51,934 nt of DNA from Deltaproteobacteria bacterium (GCA_018399535.1 JAGYOR010000001.1:1-51934), one strand, 5' to 3'; positions 17,676 to 29,316 are shown, counted from the stretch's first letter. Notes: generated from the sequence alone by a model not told the origin. Numbers and translations: made by a program.

Positions 17676-17854
17676 TTTTTTTTAAGGATACTTGCCGCCG
17701 CACCGTCCGCCGTTGTCGGACGGTTCGTCAACCGGGGCACGCCCCGAAGTTCCCCATCGTCTCTTGCGCGCCAATCGTTTCCGTGACCAGCCGCCGACGC
17801 CGCGGCGGTGGAGAATCTGTGGCGTGCCGGTAACGCTTCTGTAATGAGTGCATA

Positions 17855-19270
17855 ATGAAAAGGGTTAATTCCTTCGCCAAAACGTACCAGGGCAAGGCGC
17901 TCATCGCCGATCCCGTTTACACATATATCTGGTTTACTGTTCCCGTACCGGAACATCCGTCGGAGAAGACCGAAAAAGACTTGATTGATTCCCCGTGGAT
18001 GCAGCGCCTTCGGCGTATTTACCAGCTTCAGAGCGCCCGCTGGGTATTCCCGGCGGCCGAGCATACACGGTTTCAACATGTCCTTGGCACTATGCACATG
18101 GCGGGAGAATTCGGCCGCCACCTCTATCAGGGATTGAAAGAACTCTGCCCCGACGTCCCGTCGGTGAATTTCGTGGAGGAACTGCTTCGTGTCGCCGGGA
18201 TGCTTCACGATGTAGGACACGGGCCGTACGGACATTTTTTCGACGAGCACTTTTTGAGCCAGTACGGTCTCACGCATGAAATCCTGGGTCAGGAGATCAT
18301 TGTACGGGAACTCGGATCGATTATCAGAAAGATCAGGCGGAGTCCCACGGGCGATTTCGGGCCGGGAGAAACCATTGATCCACGCCAGGTGGCCTTCCTT
18401 ATTCGGAAGCCTCGGGCGCGTGATTCAAAACAGCCCCCGTGGCTGAACCTGCTGCGGCAGCTTTTTTCCGGCGTCTATACCGTCGACAACATGGATTATG
18501 TGCGCCGCGACGCGTACATGTCGGGTTTCTCCATGGACATTGTCGACATAGATCGACTTTGTTTTTATTCATTTTTTACCGACGAGGGCCTGACGCTTCA
18601 TCAGGCGGGGACCTCGGCGTTGAGCCGTTTTCTCAACGCCCGCCTCAACATGTATTCAAACGTCTATTACCACAGGACTACCAGGGCGCTCGACCTGCAT
18701 CTGCAGGAGATATTTCAGGATACGATGAATATTATTTTTCCCTTCGATCCCCGGGATGAACTGGCGCGCTACCGGGAGTGCGACGAATGGAGTCTTTTTA
18801 ACGAGACGAAACAGTGGATTTCATCGGATGACCCCGTAAAGAAACGGCTGGGGAAAGAATGGCACATATTCTACACACGTCGTGTCAAGTGGAAAATGTC
18901 CTTCTTCGCCGATCTTTCCGTGGACCGGCTGCAGCGGGGAGCCGAGTTTCCCGGCTCGCGCGATTATGAACGGAAAATCAGGGAGCACCTGCCGGCGTCG
19001 CTGAAAAGGATACGGTTCAGGGTTGACCTGGCGACACAGGATCCCCGGCCGATTAACCCGATGGTGGAAGGGGAAAAGCGAATAAATATCTACAATCCTT
19101 CAACAGACAGTACTTCAAGAGAACCCCTTCGGGACATTTACCGGTTTATTCCGTCCCGGGTGGTTCATTTCAGGATTTTTTCCCTCAATCATAAACATGA
19201 CGAGGCGTTGTCCCGGGCCGCCGAAAAGATGTTCGAGTCGTCGGGGGAAGACATTTCCACGAATATTTAG
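17855..19270 (+). CDS. HD-domain phosphohydrolase, dGTPase/SAMHD1-like dNTP triphosphohydrolase family
   Basis: 'DSPWMQRLRRIYQLQ', 'EHTRFQHVLGTMHMA', 'GMLHDVGHGPYGHFFD', 'DNMDYVRRDAYMSG'. Confidence 0.8.
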   Translation: MKRVNSFAKTYQGKALIADPVYTYIWFTVPVPEHPSEKTEKDLIDSPWMQRLRRIYQLQSARWVFPAAEHTRFQHVLGTMHMAGEFGRHLYQGLKELCPDVPSVNFVEELLRVAGMLHDVGHGPYGHFFDEHFLSQYGLTHEILGQEIIVRELGSIIRKIRRSPTGDFGPGETIDPRQVAFLIRKPRARDSKQPPWLNLLRQLFSGVYTVDNMDYVRRDAYMSGFSMDIVDIDRLCFYSFFTDEGLTLHQAGTSALSRFLNARLNMYSNVYYHRTTRALDLHLQEIFQDTMNIIFPFDPRDELARYRECDEWSLFNETKQWISSDDPVKKRLGKEWHIFYTRRVKWKMSFFADLSVDRLQRGAEFPGSRDYERKIREHLPASLKRIRFRVDLATQDPRPINPMVEGEKRINIYNPSTDSTSREPLRDIYRFIPSRVVHFRIFSLNHKHDEALSRAAEKMFESSGEDISTNI

Positions 19271-19300
19271 CTGCCGGCGGGTTCGCGCGGGAAACGTGTC

Positions 19301-21358
19301 ATGGACTTCAGGGAAACAACCGATCTCACTCTTTTTGTAAGGACTTCCGGCGAAGATATCGCCGCCTGGAACCGTCAACGCATTGTAGACGCCCTCATCC
19401 GTGAAACAAATGTCGACGCGGAAACCGCCGAGGCGATCAGCCGAGAGGTGGAGCACCAGATAGCCTCGTCGTCCATGGGATTTCTGACGGCGCCCCTGAT
19501 ACGGGAAATGGTCAATGCGAGGCTCATTGAACGGGGCCTGGAGAGTGCAACGAGAATGCACGCCCGCCTGGGGTTTCCCCTGTGGGACGTGGATCATCTC
19601 ATGCTGTACCAGAACAAGGAAAATGCCAATGTCCCGCATACTCCCGAGGGGACCAACCTGATATTCGCCGAGGGAATCAAGCGCGATTACGCGCTGTTAA
19701 AGGTGTTTTCCGACGAGGTCGGGTACGCTCACCTGGCAGGTGATATTCATCTGCATCACATCGGTTTCATCGACCGGCCTTATTGTTCATGTCAGTCCCT
19801 TGAATACATCAAGAAATTCGGACTGAACCTTCCCGATGCGCCTGCCGTGGCGGCGCCGGCTGAACATGCCGAGGTCCTGCTTGCCCACATGGTGCGGTTC
19901 GCCGCCGCCCTGCAGGGGCACTTTTCAGGCGCCATCGGATGGCTCGACGTAAACGTGCTGTTTGCGCCCTTCCTCGAAAAACTGTCCGACGGGGCGGTGG
20001 AGCAGCTGTCGCAGATGCTGGTCTATGAGTTCGCGCAACAGGCAGTGGGGCGGGGCGGCCAGACCATATTCACGGACGTTCACCTGCAGTGGGAGGTGCC
20101 GCTGCATCTGCGCGACGTGGAAGCCGTCGGACCGGGCGGCGTTCCGACGGGCAAATCCTACGGGGAGTACGGCTCTCATGCACGGCGGTTTCTCTGGTCT
20201 CTTTTCGATGTTTACCGCAAAGGCGACGCCTCGGGACGTCCCTTTACATTTCCGCGCCCGCTCGTTCACATAACTGAGGAGTTCTTCAGGACCGACGGCC
20301 ATGAAGCGTTTCTGAAACACGCCTGCGAGGTAGCCGCCGAAAAGGGGAATCCGGCGTTCATTTTTGATCGCGACGACGCGCTCAACCTGTCGGAATGCGG
20401 ATACGTCCTGCGGGAGGCCGCCGGAAAGCCGGAAGAAACGCCGCAACCCTGGACCATGAGATATGCCGCGATTCAGAACGTGTCCATCAATCTTCCCCGA
20501 CTGGCCTACAAGGCGGGCGGTGACGAGGAACGGCTGTTCTCGCTCCTGGAGCGGCGCATGGAGCTGGTGGCACAGGCCCACGAACAAAAAAAATATTTTA
20601 TCGAACGACTGCTGTCCCACGGCGGCGACGGGCCCCTGTCCATGCTGACCATGGATCTTGACGGGTCCTCGTACCTGAGCCTTCCCCGCGCGACCTATCT
20701 TATAGGCGTCGTCGGTCTCAATGAGCTGGTGAAACGCCAGAAGGGAGCGCATCTTCATGAATCAGAAGAGGCCCGCCGTTTCGGCAGCGACTTCATAAAA
20801 AGAATGAAGGAAATCACCGACAGCCTGAGCGCTTTGTACGGCATGAATTTCATACTTGAACAGTCTCCCGCCGAGAGTACGCCCTACCGTTTCGCGCGGC
20901 TCGATCTGAAATATTTTTCTCCCGAGGCGGGGCGGTATGTCCGCGGCGACATCGCGCGCGGCGAAGTCTACTATACTAATTCGGTGCTTTTTGATATTGC
21001 CGCTCCTGTTGCACCCCGCGAAAAGGTGCGGTATGAAGGCACGCTTCACCGCTTTATCGACGGCGAGGCCCTGTCTCACCTGTGGCTCGGTCCGAATCCT
21101 TCTTCGCCGGAACGACTGGCCGAATTTGTGACATTCGTGTTCCATGAAACCACGAATCGCCAGATAATCTTTTCATCTGATTTTACCACCTGCCGCGCCT
21201 GCAGAAGAACCGCCGCGGGCCTCCGCGATTCCTGCAGTTTCTGCGCATCCGACGACGTGGAAGGCATCACCAGGATCACCGGTTATTACTCGAGGGTCTC
21301 CGGCTTGAACAGGGGCAAGATTGCTGAACTCCGGGACAAGCGCGAATCGGTGTTCTAG
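19301..21358 (+). CDS. nrdD: Anaerobic (class III) ribonucleoside-triphosphate reductase
   Basis: 685 aa. C-terminal Zn-ribbon 'CRACRR...CSFCAS' followed by the glycyl-radical loop 'RITGYYSRV'. Confidence 0.85.
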   Translation: MDFRETTDLTLFVRTSGEDIAAWNRQRIVDALIRETNVDAETAEAISREVEHQIASSSMGFLTAPLIREMVNARLIERGLESATRMHARLGFPLWDVDHLMLYQNKENANVPHTPEGTNLIFAEGIKRDYALLKVFSDEVGYAHLAGDIHLHHIGFIDRPYCSCQSLEYIKKFGLNLPDAPAVAAPAEHAEVLLAHMVRFAAALQGHFSGAIGWLDVNVLFAPFLEKLSDGAVEQLSQMLVYEFAQQAVGRGGQTIFTDVHLQWEVPLHLRDVEAVGPGGVPTGKSYGEYGSHARRFLWSLFDVYRKGDASGRPFTFPRPLVHITEEFFRTDGHEAFLKHACEVAAEKGNPAFIFDRDDALNLSECGYVLREAAGKPEETPQPWTMRYAAIQNVSINLPRLAYKAGGDEERLFSLLERRMELVAQAHEQKKYFIERLLSHGGDGPLSMLTMDLDGSSYLSLPRATYLIGVVGLNELVKRQKGAHLHESEEARRFGSDFIKRMKEITDSLSALYGMNFILEQSPAESTPYRFARLDLKYFSPEAGRYVRGDIARGEVYYTNSVLFDIAAPVAPREKVRYEGTLHRFIDGEALSHLWLGPNPSSPERLAEFVTFVFHETTNRQIIFSSDFTTCRACRRTAAGLRDSCSFCASDDVEGITRITGYYSRVSGLNRGKIAELRDKRESVF

Positions 21359-21474
21359 TCCTTCATGTGCCGGAAACCGCAGGGATCGCCGACCGGTGTA
21401 TTCGCACGCCCGTGCGGCATCGCAGCGCGGGCGTGTACGCCTCGTTTAACATCCGGTTAATTCCGCTTCGTTCC

Positions 21475-21502
21475 TTGACAGGGCCGAATTGATCCATATA
21501 TT
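21475..21502 (+). promoter_or_regulatory. Candidate sigma-70 promoter (TTGACA-16 nt-TATATT) for gmhA-grpE(-dnaK)
   Basis: ttgacagggccgaattgatccatatatt. It overlaps the ORF-track TTG start at 21489, which argues for the ATG at 21531. Confidence 0.45.
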
Positions 21503-21530
21503 ACGCGGGAAACGAAAACAGGCAGTCGTC

Positions 21531-22121
21531 ATGGAAGATATTGAAGACATTATCATACGCAGTTTCAGGGAAAGCATCCACCAGAAGGAAGTTTTCATAA
21601 ACGAAAATCTTCCCCGGCTGGTGAAAGTCGTAACGGTGCTTACGGAAGTCCTGAAACGCGGCAACAAGGTTCTGCTCTTTGGTAACGGAGGCAGCGCGGC
21701 GGACGCCCAGCACATAGCGGCGGAATTCGTCAACCGGTTCATGATCGAACGGCCGCCTCTTCCGGCGATCGCCCTGACCACCGACACGTCAGTGCTGACG
21801 AGTGTGGCAAACGACTACGATTTTTCGGAAGTGTTCGCCAAGCAGATACGGGCCCTGGGCCATGCCGGCGACGTTGCCTGGGGAATAACGACAAGCGGCA
21901 CCTCTTCGAACGTGGTGAAGGCTTTCGAGGTCGCCCGGCGGATGGACATGATTTGCGTGGGATTCACGGGGAAAGACGGCGGCGTTGTCGCGGGAATGGT
22001 GGACCATTCCCTGAATGTTTCAACGACAAGCGTACCGCGGGTGCAGGAAGTTCACATGACGGCGGCCCACGTTATCTGCGAGATGGTGGATTACAAATTG
22101 TTCAAGTGTCCGGATGGATGA
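21531..22121 (+). CDS. gmhA: D-sedoheptulose-7-phosphate isomerase (SIS domain)
   Basis: 'LLFGNGGSAADAQHIAAEFVNRF', 'TSVANDYDFSEVFAKQ', 'GITTSGTSSNV', 'GFTGKDGG'. Confidence 0.85.
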   Translation: MEDIEDIIIRSFRESIHQKEVFINENLPRLVKVVTVLTEVLKRGNKVLLFGNGGSAADAQHIAAEFVNRFMIERPPLPAIALTTDTSVLTSVANDYDFSEVFAKQIRALGHAGDVAWGITTSGTSSNVVKAFEVARRMDMICVGFTGKDGGVVAGMVDHSLNVSTTSVPRVQEVHMTAAHVICEMVDYKLFKCPDG

Positions 22122-22154
22122 AAAAATAATTGTGCGAGGCAGGCGAACATCATC

Positions 22155-22751
22155 ATGACGGTAAAAAAAAGAAAACAGGACCGGCCTGACGAGGCCGCCG
22201 GGAAGGCGGCCGAAGAGATGAAAACCTCCGCGGCCGAAGAACCGTCCGGAAAAACCGGGGGAAACGGAACCGGCGAGGGGGCAACGGTTAATCTTTCGAA
22301 TCTCGAGGAAGCCAGGAAGGAAGCGGCGGATAACTACGATAAGTACGTGAGACTCGCCGCCGATTTTGACAATTACAAGAAGCGGACCCAGAAAGACCGG
22401 GCCGATCTTCTCAATTACGGCAACGAAACGATCATAAAGGATGTGCTTCCCATCGTCGACAGCCTCGAGCGCGCCGTCGATCACAGTGCGAACGCCGGTG
22501 ATTTCGAAACCTTCGTCACGGGCCTGAAGCTGATCCTGGACCAGCTGAGAAGCACCCTGGAGAAGCACGGTGTGGAATCCATCAAGGCCGTCGGAGAAGA
22601 TTTCGACCCCAATTATCACGAGGCGATGCTCCTGGTCGAGGGCGATGAAGAGAATGACAACAAGGTGATCGAGGAGTTCGAAAAGGGATATCTTCTGAAT
22701 GGAAGACTTCTTCGCCCCTCGAAGGTATCCGTAGCCAAAACGCAGCGGTAG
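22155..22751 (+). CDS. grpE: Nucleotide exchange factor GrpE
   Basis: 'YVRLAADFDNYKKRTQKD', 'DVLPIVDSLERA', 'FDPNYHEAM', and its position directly upstream of dnaK. Confidence 0.92.
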   Translation: MTVKKRKQDRPDEAAGKAAEEMKTSAAEEPSGKTGGNGTGEGATVNLSNLEEARKEAADNYDKYVRLAADFDNYKKRTQKDRADLLNYGNETIIKDVLPIVDSLERAVDHSANAGDFETFVTGLKLILDQLRSTLEKHGVESIKAVGEDFDPNYHEAMLLVEGDEENDNKVIEEFEKGYLLNGRLLRPSKVSVAKTQR

Positions 22752-22849
22752 GAGATGCTGACGACCTCGTCGGCCGGGGATTGCACGGAACGGTAAAACG
22801 AAGAATATAAATAACATGTATCGTGAAAAGGTAAGGAGGATTGCATATC

Positions 22850-24778
<1,929 letters not shown>

Positions 24779-24862
24779 TACCGGCGGAATAGCGGATTCC
24801 TGCTGCCGGTCCGATAAACGAACCGGTGCCTGTCTCTTCGTGAAACGGCGCCGGTTCGAGAG

Positions 24863-24901
24863 AACACCCGAAAACGTTTCGCGGACGCTTCGGGTGTTTT
24901 T
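24863..24901 (+). terminator. Rho-independent terminator after dnaK
   Basis: Stem aacacccgaa/ttcgggtgtt enclosing an inner hairpin, followed by a T-run (gggtgttttt). Confidence 0.5.
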
Positions 24902-25016
24902 GTGTCGACAGCGGGCGCTCGCTTGTGTATCATCTCGAGGACCCGCAGGATCAAATGTCTCCGGAGTGACCGGGGGGCCAGCGGGCCGGTTTTAAAACAC
25001 CTGTGTGAGCCTGCCG

Positions 25017-25568
25017 ATGAAAAAGAAAACCACAATAGCTGTCCTTTCCGTGCTGCTGATTCTCTGCGCGGCGGTCTCGGCGGCGGAAAACGCCGCCCGG
25101 GAGACGGTCGAAGTGCGGCTGTTGCCGAACAAGGAATATGTTTCAGTTCTTCTTGAAGCCATCGAAAGGGCGGAATCCGAAATTGTTGTCGCCGTTTACC
25201 TGTTCAAGACCAACGGCTACAGGAACAATTATCCTGATCGAATCGTCGCGGCCCTCGGCGACGCCGTTCAGCGAGGCGTCGAAGTTCGTGTTCTTCTCGA
25301 AAAAACGGAGGACGCCGATTCGTTTATTGACCGAGCGAACGCGGAAACGGCCACGAGACTTCAAAAGGCCGGCGTCGATGTCGTCTTCGACCCGCCGTCC
25401 CGGCGCACGCACGTAAAGATGGTCGTGGTCGACCGTGAGATCACCTTTGTGGGCAGCCACAATTTCACGAATTCGGGCCTGAAATACAATAATGAGACGT
25501 CGATCATGGTCGTGTCGCCGGACACGGCCGGGAAGACTCTCGATTATATCGACGGAATCGGGAGGTAA
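25017..25568 (+). CDS. Secreted single-HKD phospholipase D-superfamily protein (Nuc-endonuclease-like size)
   Basis: Signal peptide 'MKKKTTIAVLSVLLILCAAVSAAENA'. One HKD motif 'HVKMVVVDREITFVGSHNFTNSG'. Confidence 0.8.
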   Translation: MKKKTTIAVLSVLLILCAAVSAAENAARETVEVRLLPNKEYVSVLLEAIERAESEIVVAVYLFKTNGYRNNYPDRIVAALGDAVQRGVEVRVLLEKTEDADSFIDRANAETATRLQKAGVDVVFDPPSRRTHVKMVVVDREITFVGSHNFTNSGLKYNNETSIMVVSPDTAGKTLDYIDGIGR

Positions 25569-25572
25569 ATTG

Positions 25573-27495
25573 ATGGTGCCCCGGGCGAGGACCAGGTGGT
25601 TCATTCTGCTGTTGCTGGTGGCGGTTCTCGTGGCTTCCTGCGCCCGCCTTCCGGTGAAACGGCCGGATATCCTGTCCGGTCCCTCGGCGATTCCCATGCC
25701 GGAGAAGCTGATTCCACCCGCTTACCGGCCGGCGCTTGACGAAGCCGAAGAGGCGCTGGCAGAGGGAGACTACCTTCAGGGGCTGCGGCTCTATGAGGCC
25801 GTTCTTGAAAAGAAGCCACCCGCCGTCGTATCGTCGTGGGGCCGTTTTCGTGCGGGCCAGATACTGGTTACTCTCGACCGTCCCCGCGAGGCGGCGCCTT
25901 TCTTTGAATACGTGGCAGAGCATATACAGGGCGAGGCCTTCGAGAAAGAGGCGGTGGCCTCCCTGGTCCGTCTTTACAGGCGACTGGAAGTCCCGGAAAG
26001 AATACAGACCCTGGCGGAGGACCTTCGATCCCGGAATGTCCCGGCGGCATTTCTGGTGCGGCTGTTTCAGGCGGCGGCGGAAGGCGCCGAAAATGATGAG
26101 AAGTGGGAAGAAGCAGTTGAATTATACGTGGAAATGCTCAGGGAAAGACCGGAAGACGAAGATCGCATTCGGGAGGCCCGCGCCCGTGTCGAAAACATCA
26201 TTCAGGACAAGCTTGATGCCGGGGAACTGGAACGGCTTCTTCCACTATACGGACGGGAATATCCGGCGGGGTATATTTTGTACCGTCTTGCGCGGCTGCT
26301 CGACGAAAAAGGTGATTATGCCGCGGCGGAACGCTGTATAAAGACTTTCATGAAGCAGTACGCGGATCACCCCCTGATGGAAGACGCCCGTTCGCTGTCC
26401 CGCTCGCTCGCGGAGCGGCTGGAAGCGGAAATCCGGACTGTCGGTTGTATCCTGCCCCTGACGGGACGGTTTGCTTCCTACGGGAACAGAATGCTCGACG
26501 CGATTGTCCTGGCGTCAGGAGTATTCGACGTTTCCCGGGAAACGCGGGTTCGACTGGCCGTCAGGGATTCAAAGAGCGACCCCGCGGAGGCCCGGCGAGC
26601 TGTTGAGGATCTGGTGTTCGACGAGAACGTCATTGCCCTTCTCGGCCCCCTGGAAAGCCGCTCGGCTTTTGAAGCGGCCGACCGGGCGCATCACCTTCGC
26701 GTTCCCATCATGACCCTCACCCAGGCTCAAGGAGTGACGGAACTGGGCGATTATGTGTTCAGAAATTTTATTACCGCCGGCGGACAGGTGCAAGCGCTGG
26801 TTGATTATGCCGTGAACCGTCTCGGCGTCAGGCGCTTCGCCGTTCTGTATCCCGATGACGCCTACGGCCGGGAAATGATGTTCCACTTCTGGTACGCTGC
26901 GGCGACCGCGGGAGGAGCCGTCGAGGGGATGGAGCCATATGAACAGGACAAGACCGATTTCAGTAAGGAAATCAGACGGCTTGTTAACCTGGAGAACAGA
27001 AAAAGTGAAACCGACATCCCCGATATTCATTTCGACGCCATCTTTATTCCCGATTCGGCCCTCAAGGCGCGCCTGATCGCCCCGCAACTGGATTTTCATG
27101 ACGTGATCGGCGTGAGAATGCTGGGTACGAGCGAATGGAATGTACCAGATCTGCTGGAGGGCGAAACGGATTATCTCGAAGGGGCCGTCTTCGTCGACGT
27201 ATTCTTCAAGGACAGCAACGCGCCGGAAGTTACCAACTATCTTGATAAATTTTACAGCGCATTCGGGCGTGAAGCGGACGGGATTGAGGCGCTTGCCTAC
27301 GACGCGGCGTCGATTCTCATCGAAGGCATTGTAAACGGGGACGCGCGGACGCCGGACGATCTTCGCGACTGGTTGTCTGATCTTCGGAATTATTCGGGCG
27401 TGACGGGGATGACGTCTTTCCCCGGGAACGGTGACGCACGGAAACAACTCTTCGTGCTCTCGGTACAGGACGGCCGGATTGTTCAACTTGAGTGA
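25573..27495 (+). CDS. Lipoprotein with N-terminal TPR region and C-terminal type-1 periplasmic-binding fold (Leu/Ile/Val-binding or LpoA-like)
   Basis: Lipobox 'LLLVAVLVASC'. TPR-like helices, then 'VGCILPLTGRFASYGNRMLDAI', 'VIALLGPLES', 'AVLYPDDAYGRE'. GGAGG RBS at 25561. The ORF-track start 25492 would overlap the PLD gene. Confidence 0.75.
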   Translation: MVPRARTRWFILLLLVAVLVASCARLPVKRPDILSGPSAIPMPEKLIPPAYRPALDEAEEALAEGDYLQGLRLYEAVLEKKPPAVVSSWGRFRAGQILVTLDRPREAAPFFEYVAEHIQGEAFEKEAVASLVRLYRRLEVPERIQTLAEDLRSRNVPAAFLVRLFQAAAEGAENDEKWEEAVELYVEMLRERPEDEDRIREARARVENIIQDKLDAGELERLLPLYGREYPAGYILYRLARLLDEKGDYAAAERCIKTFMKQYADHPLMEDARSLSRSLAERLEAEIRTVGCILPLTGRFASYGNRMLDAIVLASGVFDVSRETRVRLAVRDSKSDPAEARRAVEDLVFDENVIALLGPLESRSAFEAADRAHHLRVPIMTLTQAQGVTELGDYVFRNFITAGGQVQALVDYAVNRLGVRRFAVLYPDDAYGREMMFHFWYAAATAGGAVEGMEPYEQDKTDFSKEIRRLVNLENRKSETDIPDIHFDAIFIPDSALKARLIAPQLDFHDVIGVRMLGTSEWNVPDLLEGETDYLEGAVFVDVFFKDSNAPEVTNYLDKFYSAFGREADGIEALAYDAASILIEGIVNGDARTPDDLRDWLSDLRNYSGVTGMTSFPGNGDARKQLFVLSVQDGRIVQLE

Positions 27496-27527
27496 GTGGG
27501 AGGCCCTGCGGGGTAAAAACAGGAATA

Positions 27528-28301
27528 ATGAGTATTCTTCTGACCAACGATGACGGTATTTACGCCGAGGGCCTTGGTGTTCTTTTCGGCGAGATGCAGG
27601 AACTTGGTGAGTGCGCGATCGTGGCGCCCGAGACGGAGCAGAGCGCAGTCGGGCACGCCATCACGATCTATCGGCCCTTGATGGTTCGAAAAGCCGGGAA
27701 AGGTGGACGTTTTCTTGGTTATGCCGTCAGAGGAACGCCGGCGGACTGTGTCAAGATCGGCGTGAAGGAGCTGCTGCCGAAACCGGTTGAACTGGTGGTT
27801 TCCGGCATCAACGTCGGCGCGAACGTGGGAATAAATGTTCTCTACTCGGGGACTGTTTCGGCGGCCACGGAAGCCGCCATTCTGGGCATTTCGTCCATCG
27901 CCGTATCCCTGGATACAAAAAGCGGCGGCGTCGATTTTTCTTTCGCGGCCCGGTTTACGAAAAAACTGGCCGGGCTTGTCATGAAACACGAGTTTCTTCG
28001 GCGCGTTCCACTGAATGTCAACGTGCCGGCACTTCCGGAGAATGAAATCAGGGGCGTCGTCGTGACCAGGCAGGGCAACGCGCGTCTTGTGGAAGAATTC
28101 GAACAGCGACTGGATCCGCGTGGAAATATCTATTACTGGCTTGCAGGGGAAACACTGCTTCCCGAAACCGATGACATGGAATCGGACGCCTGTGCTTTGC
28201 GACGGGGTTTTATCACTGTGACGCCGATTCAGCACGATCTCACCCGCCACGGCGCCGTCGACGGGGTGCGCGAAGCACTTGCGGATCTCGTCGATTCCTG
28301 A
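27528..28301 (+). CDS. surE: 5'/3'-nucleotidase SurE
   Basis: 'MSILLTNDDGIYAEGL', 'VSGINVGANVG', 'YSGTVSAATEA'. Confidence 0.92.
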   Translation: MSILLTNDDGIYAEGLGVLFGEMQELGECAIVAPETEQSAVGHAITIYRPLMVRKAGKGGRFLGYAVRGTPADCVKIGVKELLPKPVELVVSGINVGANVGINVLYSGTVSAATEAAILGISSIAVSLDTKSGGVDFSFAARFTKKLAGLVMKHEFLRRVPLNVNVPALPENEIRGVVVTRQGNARLVEEFEQRLDPRGNIYYWLAGETLLPETDDMESDACALRRGFITVTPIQHDLTRHGAVDGVREALADLVDS

Positions 28302-28369
28302 GTGGCTTCGAAAAACGCCGGTTCCTGAATGCCGCATTTGAAGAGGATGATGCGCCTGCGTTTCCGCCG

Positions 28370-29104
28370 TTATTCCTTGTCCGGTTTCGGATCGAAACGG
28401 CGTCTTTTGGGAACTTCCTTTTTCTTCAATCCCGCCTTGACAACGTCAATGATCTGTTCGTCCGACATGAACTGTGTGTTGATGATGAGGTCGTACTGTA
28501 CAGGATCGTCGATGTCGGCTTCGAAGTATTTGCGGATGTAGGCCCGCTGTTCGGCCTCCTTTTTGTGAATTTTCCGCTGTGCCTCGTCAATTGATGCTAT
28601 TTTTTCTTCACGCGACAGGTTGACGATTCTCAGGCCGAGTGGAGCGACGAGACGTATCCTCACGGTCGTTTCCGGAGGCAGAATAAGGTTGGCTCCTCGG
28701 CCGATGATGAGAGCGCCTCCCTGCTCGCCGATGGCGCCGATGACTTTCGTCAAGTGGGTGAGGAACGTGTCCGGAAGAAGATAGCGGGTTGATTTCAACA
28801 TCTGGATCCAGCTGTCAAGCGCGCTCCTGGTTTTTTCGTCCAGAGACGCGACAACCTTTTCACTCATCTTGACGCTCTTGGCGACCGCGTTGATGATCTC
28901 GTTGTCGAAGATGTCGAGCTTCAGTGCCTCAGCGAGTCCCTTTGTCAGCTCGTCCGAGAGAATACCCGGTTGCCGGGAAATTGTTATAACCGGTGCTTTG
29001 ACGGCGGGCTCCTTTTTTCTCCGGTCCACCCGTTTCTGCCACTTCATTACCTGGTCTTCGAGAATATTTTCCACTCGAGGGACTTTTGACGGTTTGGTAG
29101 CCAT
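28370..29104 (-). CDS. Cytidylate-kinase-like family protein (Cytidylate_kin2-type), glycine-rich loop not conserved
   Basis: 'PVITISRQPGILSDELTKGLAEALKLDIFDNEII' aligns with the family's 'ItIsR.yGSGG..i...LA..Lg...yD.e.i' as I recall it. GGAGG RBS. Confidence 0.55.
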   Translation of the reverse strand: MATKPSKVPRVENILEDQVMKWQKRVDRRKKEPAVKAPVITISRQPGILSDELTKGLAEALKLDIFDNEIINAVAKSVKMSEKVVASLDEKTRSALDSWIQMLKSTRYLLPDTFLTHLTKVIGAIGEQGGALIIGRGANLILPPETTVRIRLVAPLGLRIVNLSREEKIASIDEAQRKIHKKEAEQRAYIRKYFEADIDDPVQYDLIINTQFMSDEQIIDVVKAGLKKKEVPKRRRFDPKPDKE

Positions 29105-29287
29105 GGCTTCTCCTCCGCTATTGATGGATTATAAATATTCGACGTGGCGTCAACACCGCCCGGGTCTAACTCGCCCGCTGTTTCAAGGTACTACAGAACT
29201 TGAGAAAGAGTCAACTCAATAATCCTGCGGGCACCTGTATTACAGGGACTTCGAGTTGTGGCCGGGCCGCCGGGGACATATCCGTAG

Positions 29288-29316
29288 TTGACGGATAGGG
29301 AAAAGACTTGTATCAA
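29288..29316 (+). promoter_or_regulatory. Candidate sigma-70 promoter (TTGACG-17 nt-TATCAA)
   Basis: ttgacggatagggaaaagacttgtatcaa, 31 nt upstream of the ATG at 29347. Confidence 0.35.

Noticed and set aside
17805-17815. 8-nt match (tctccacc, on the opposite strand) to the 3' end of tRNA-Ala, considered as a possible att site marking an integrated island.
   Set aside because: The match is too short, is in inverted rather than direct orientation, and has no integrase or other mobile genes nearby. It is most likely chance.
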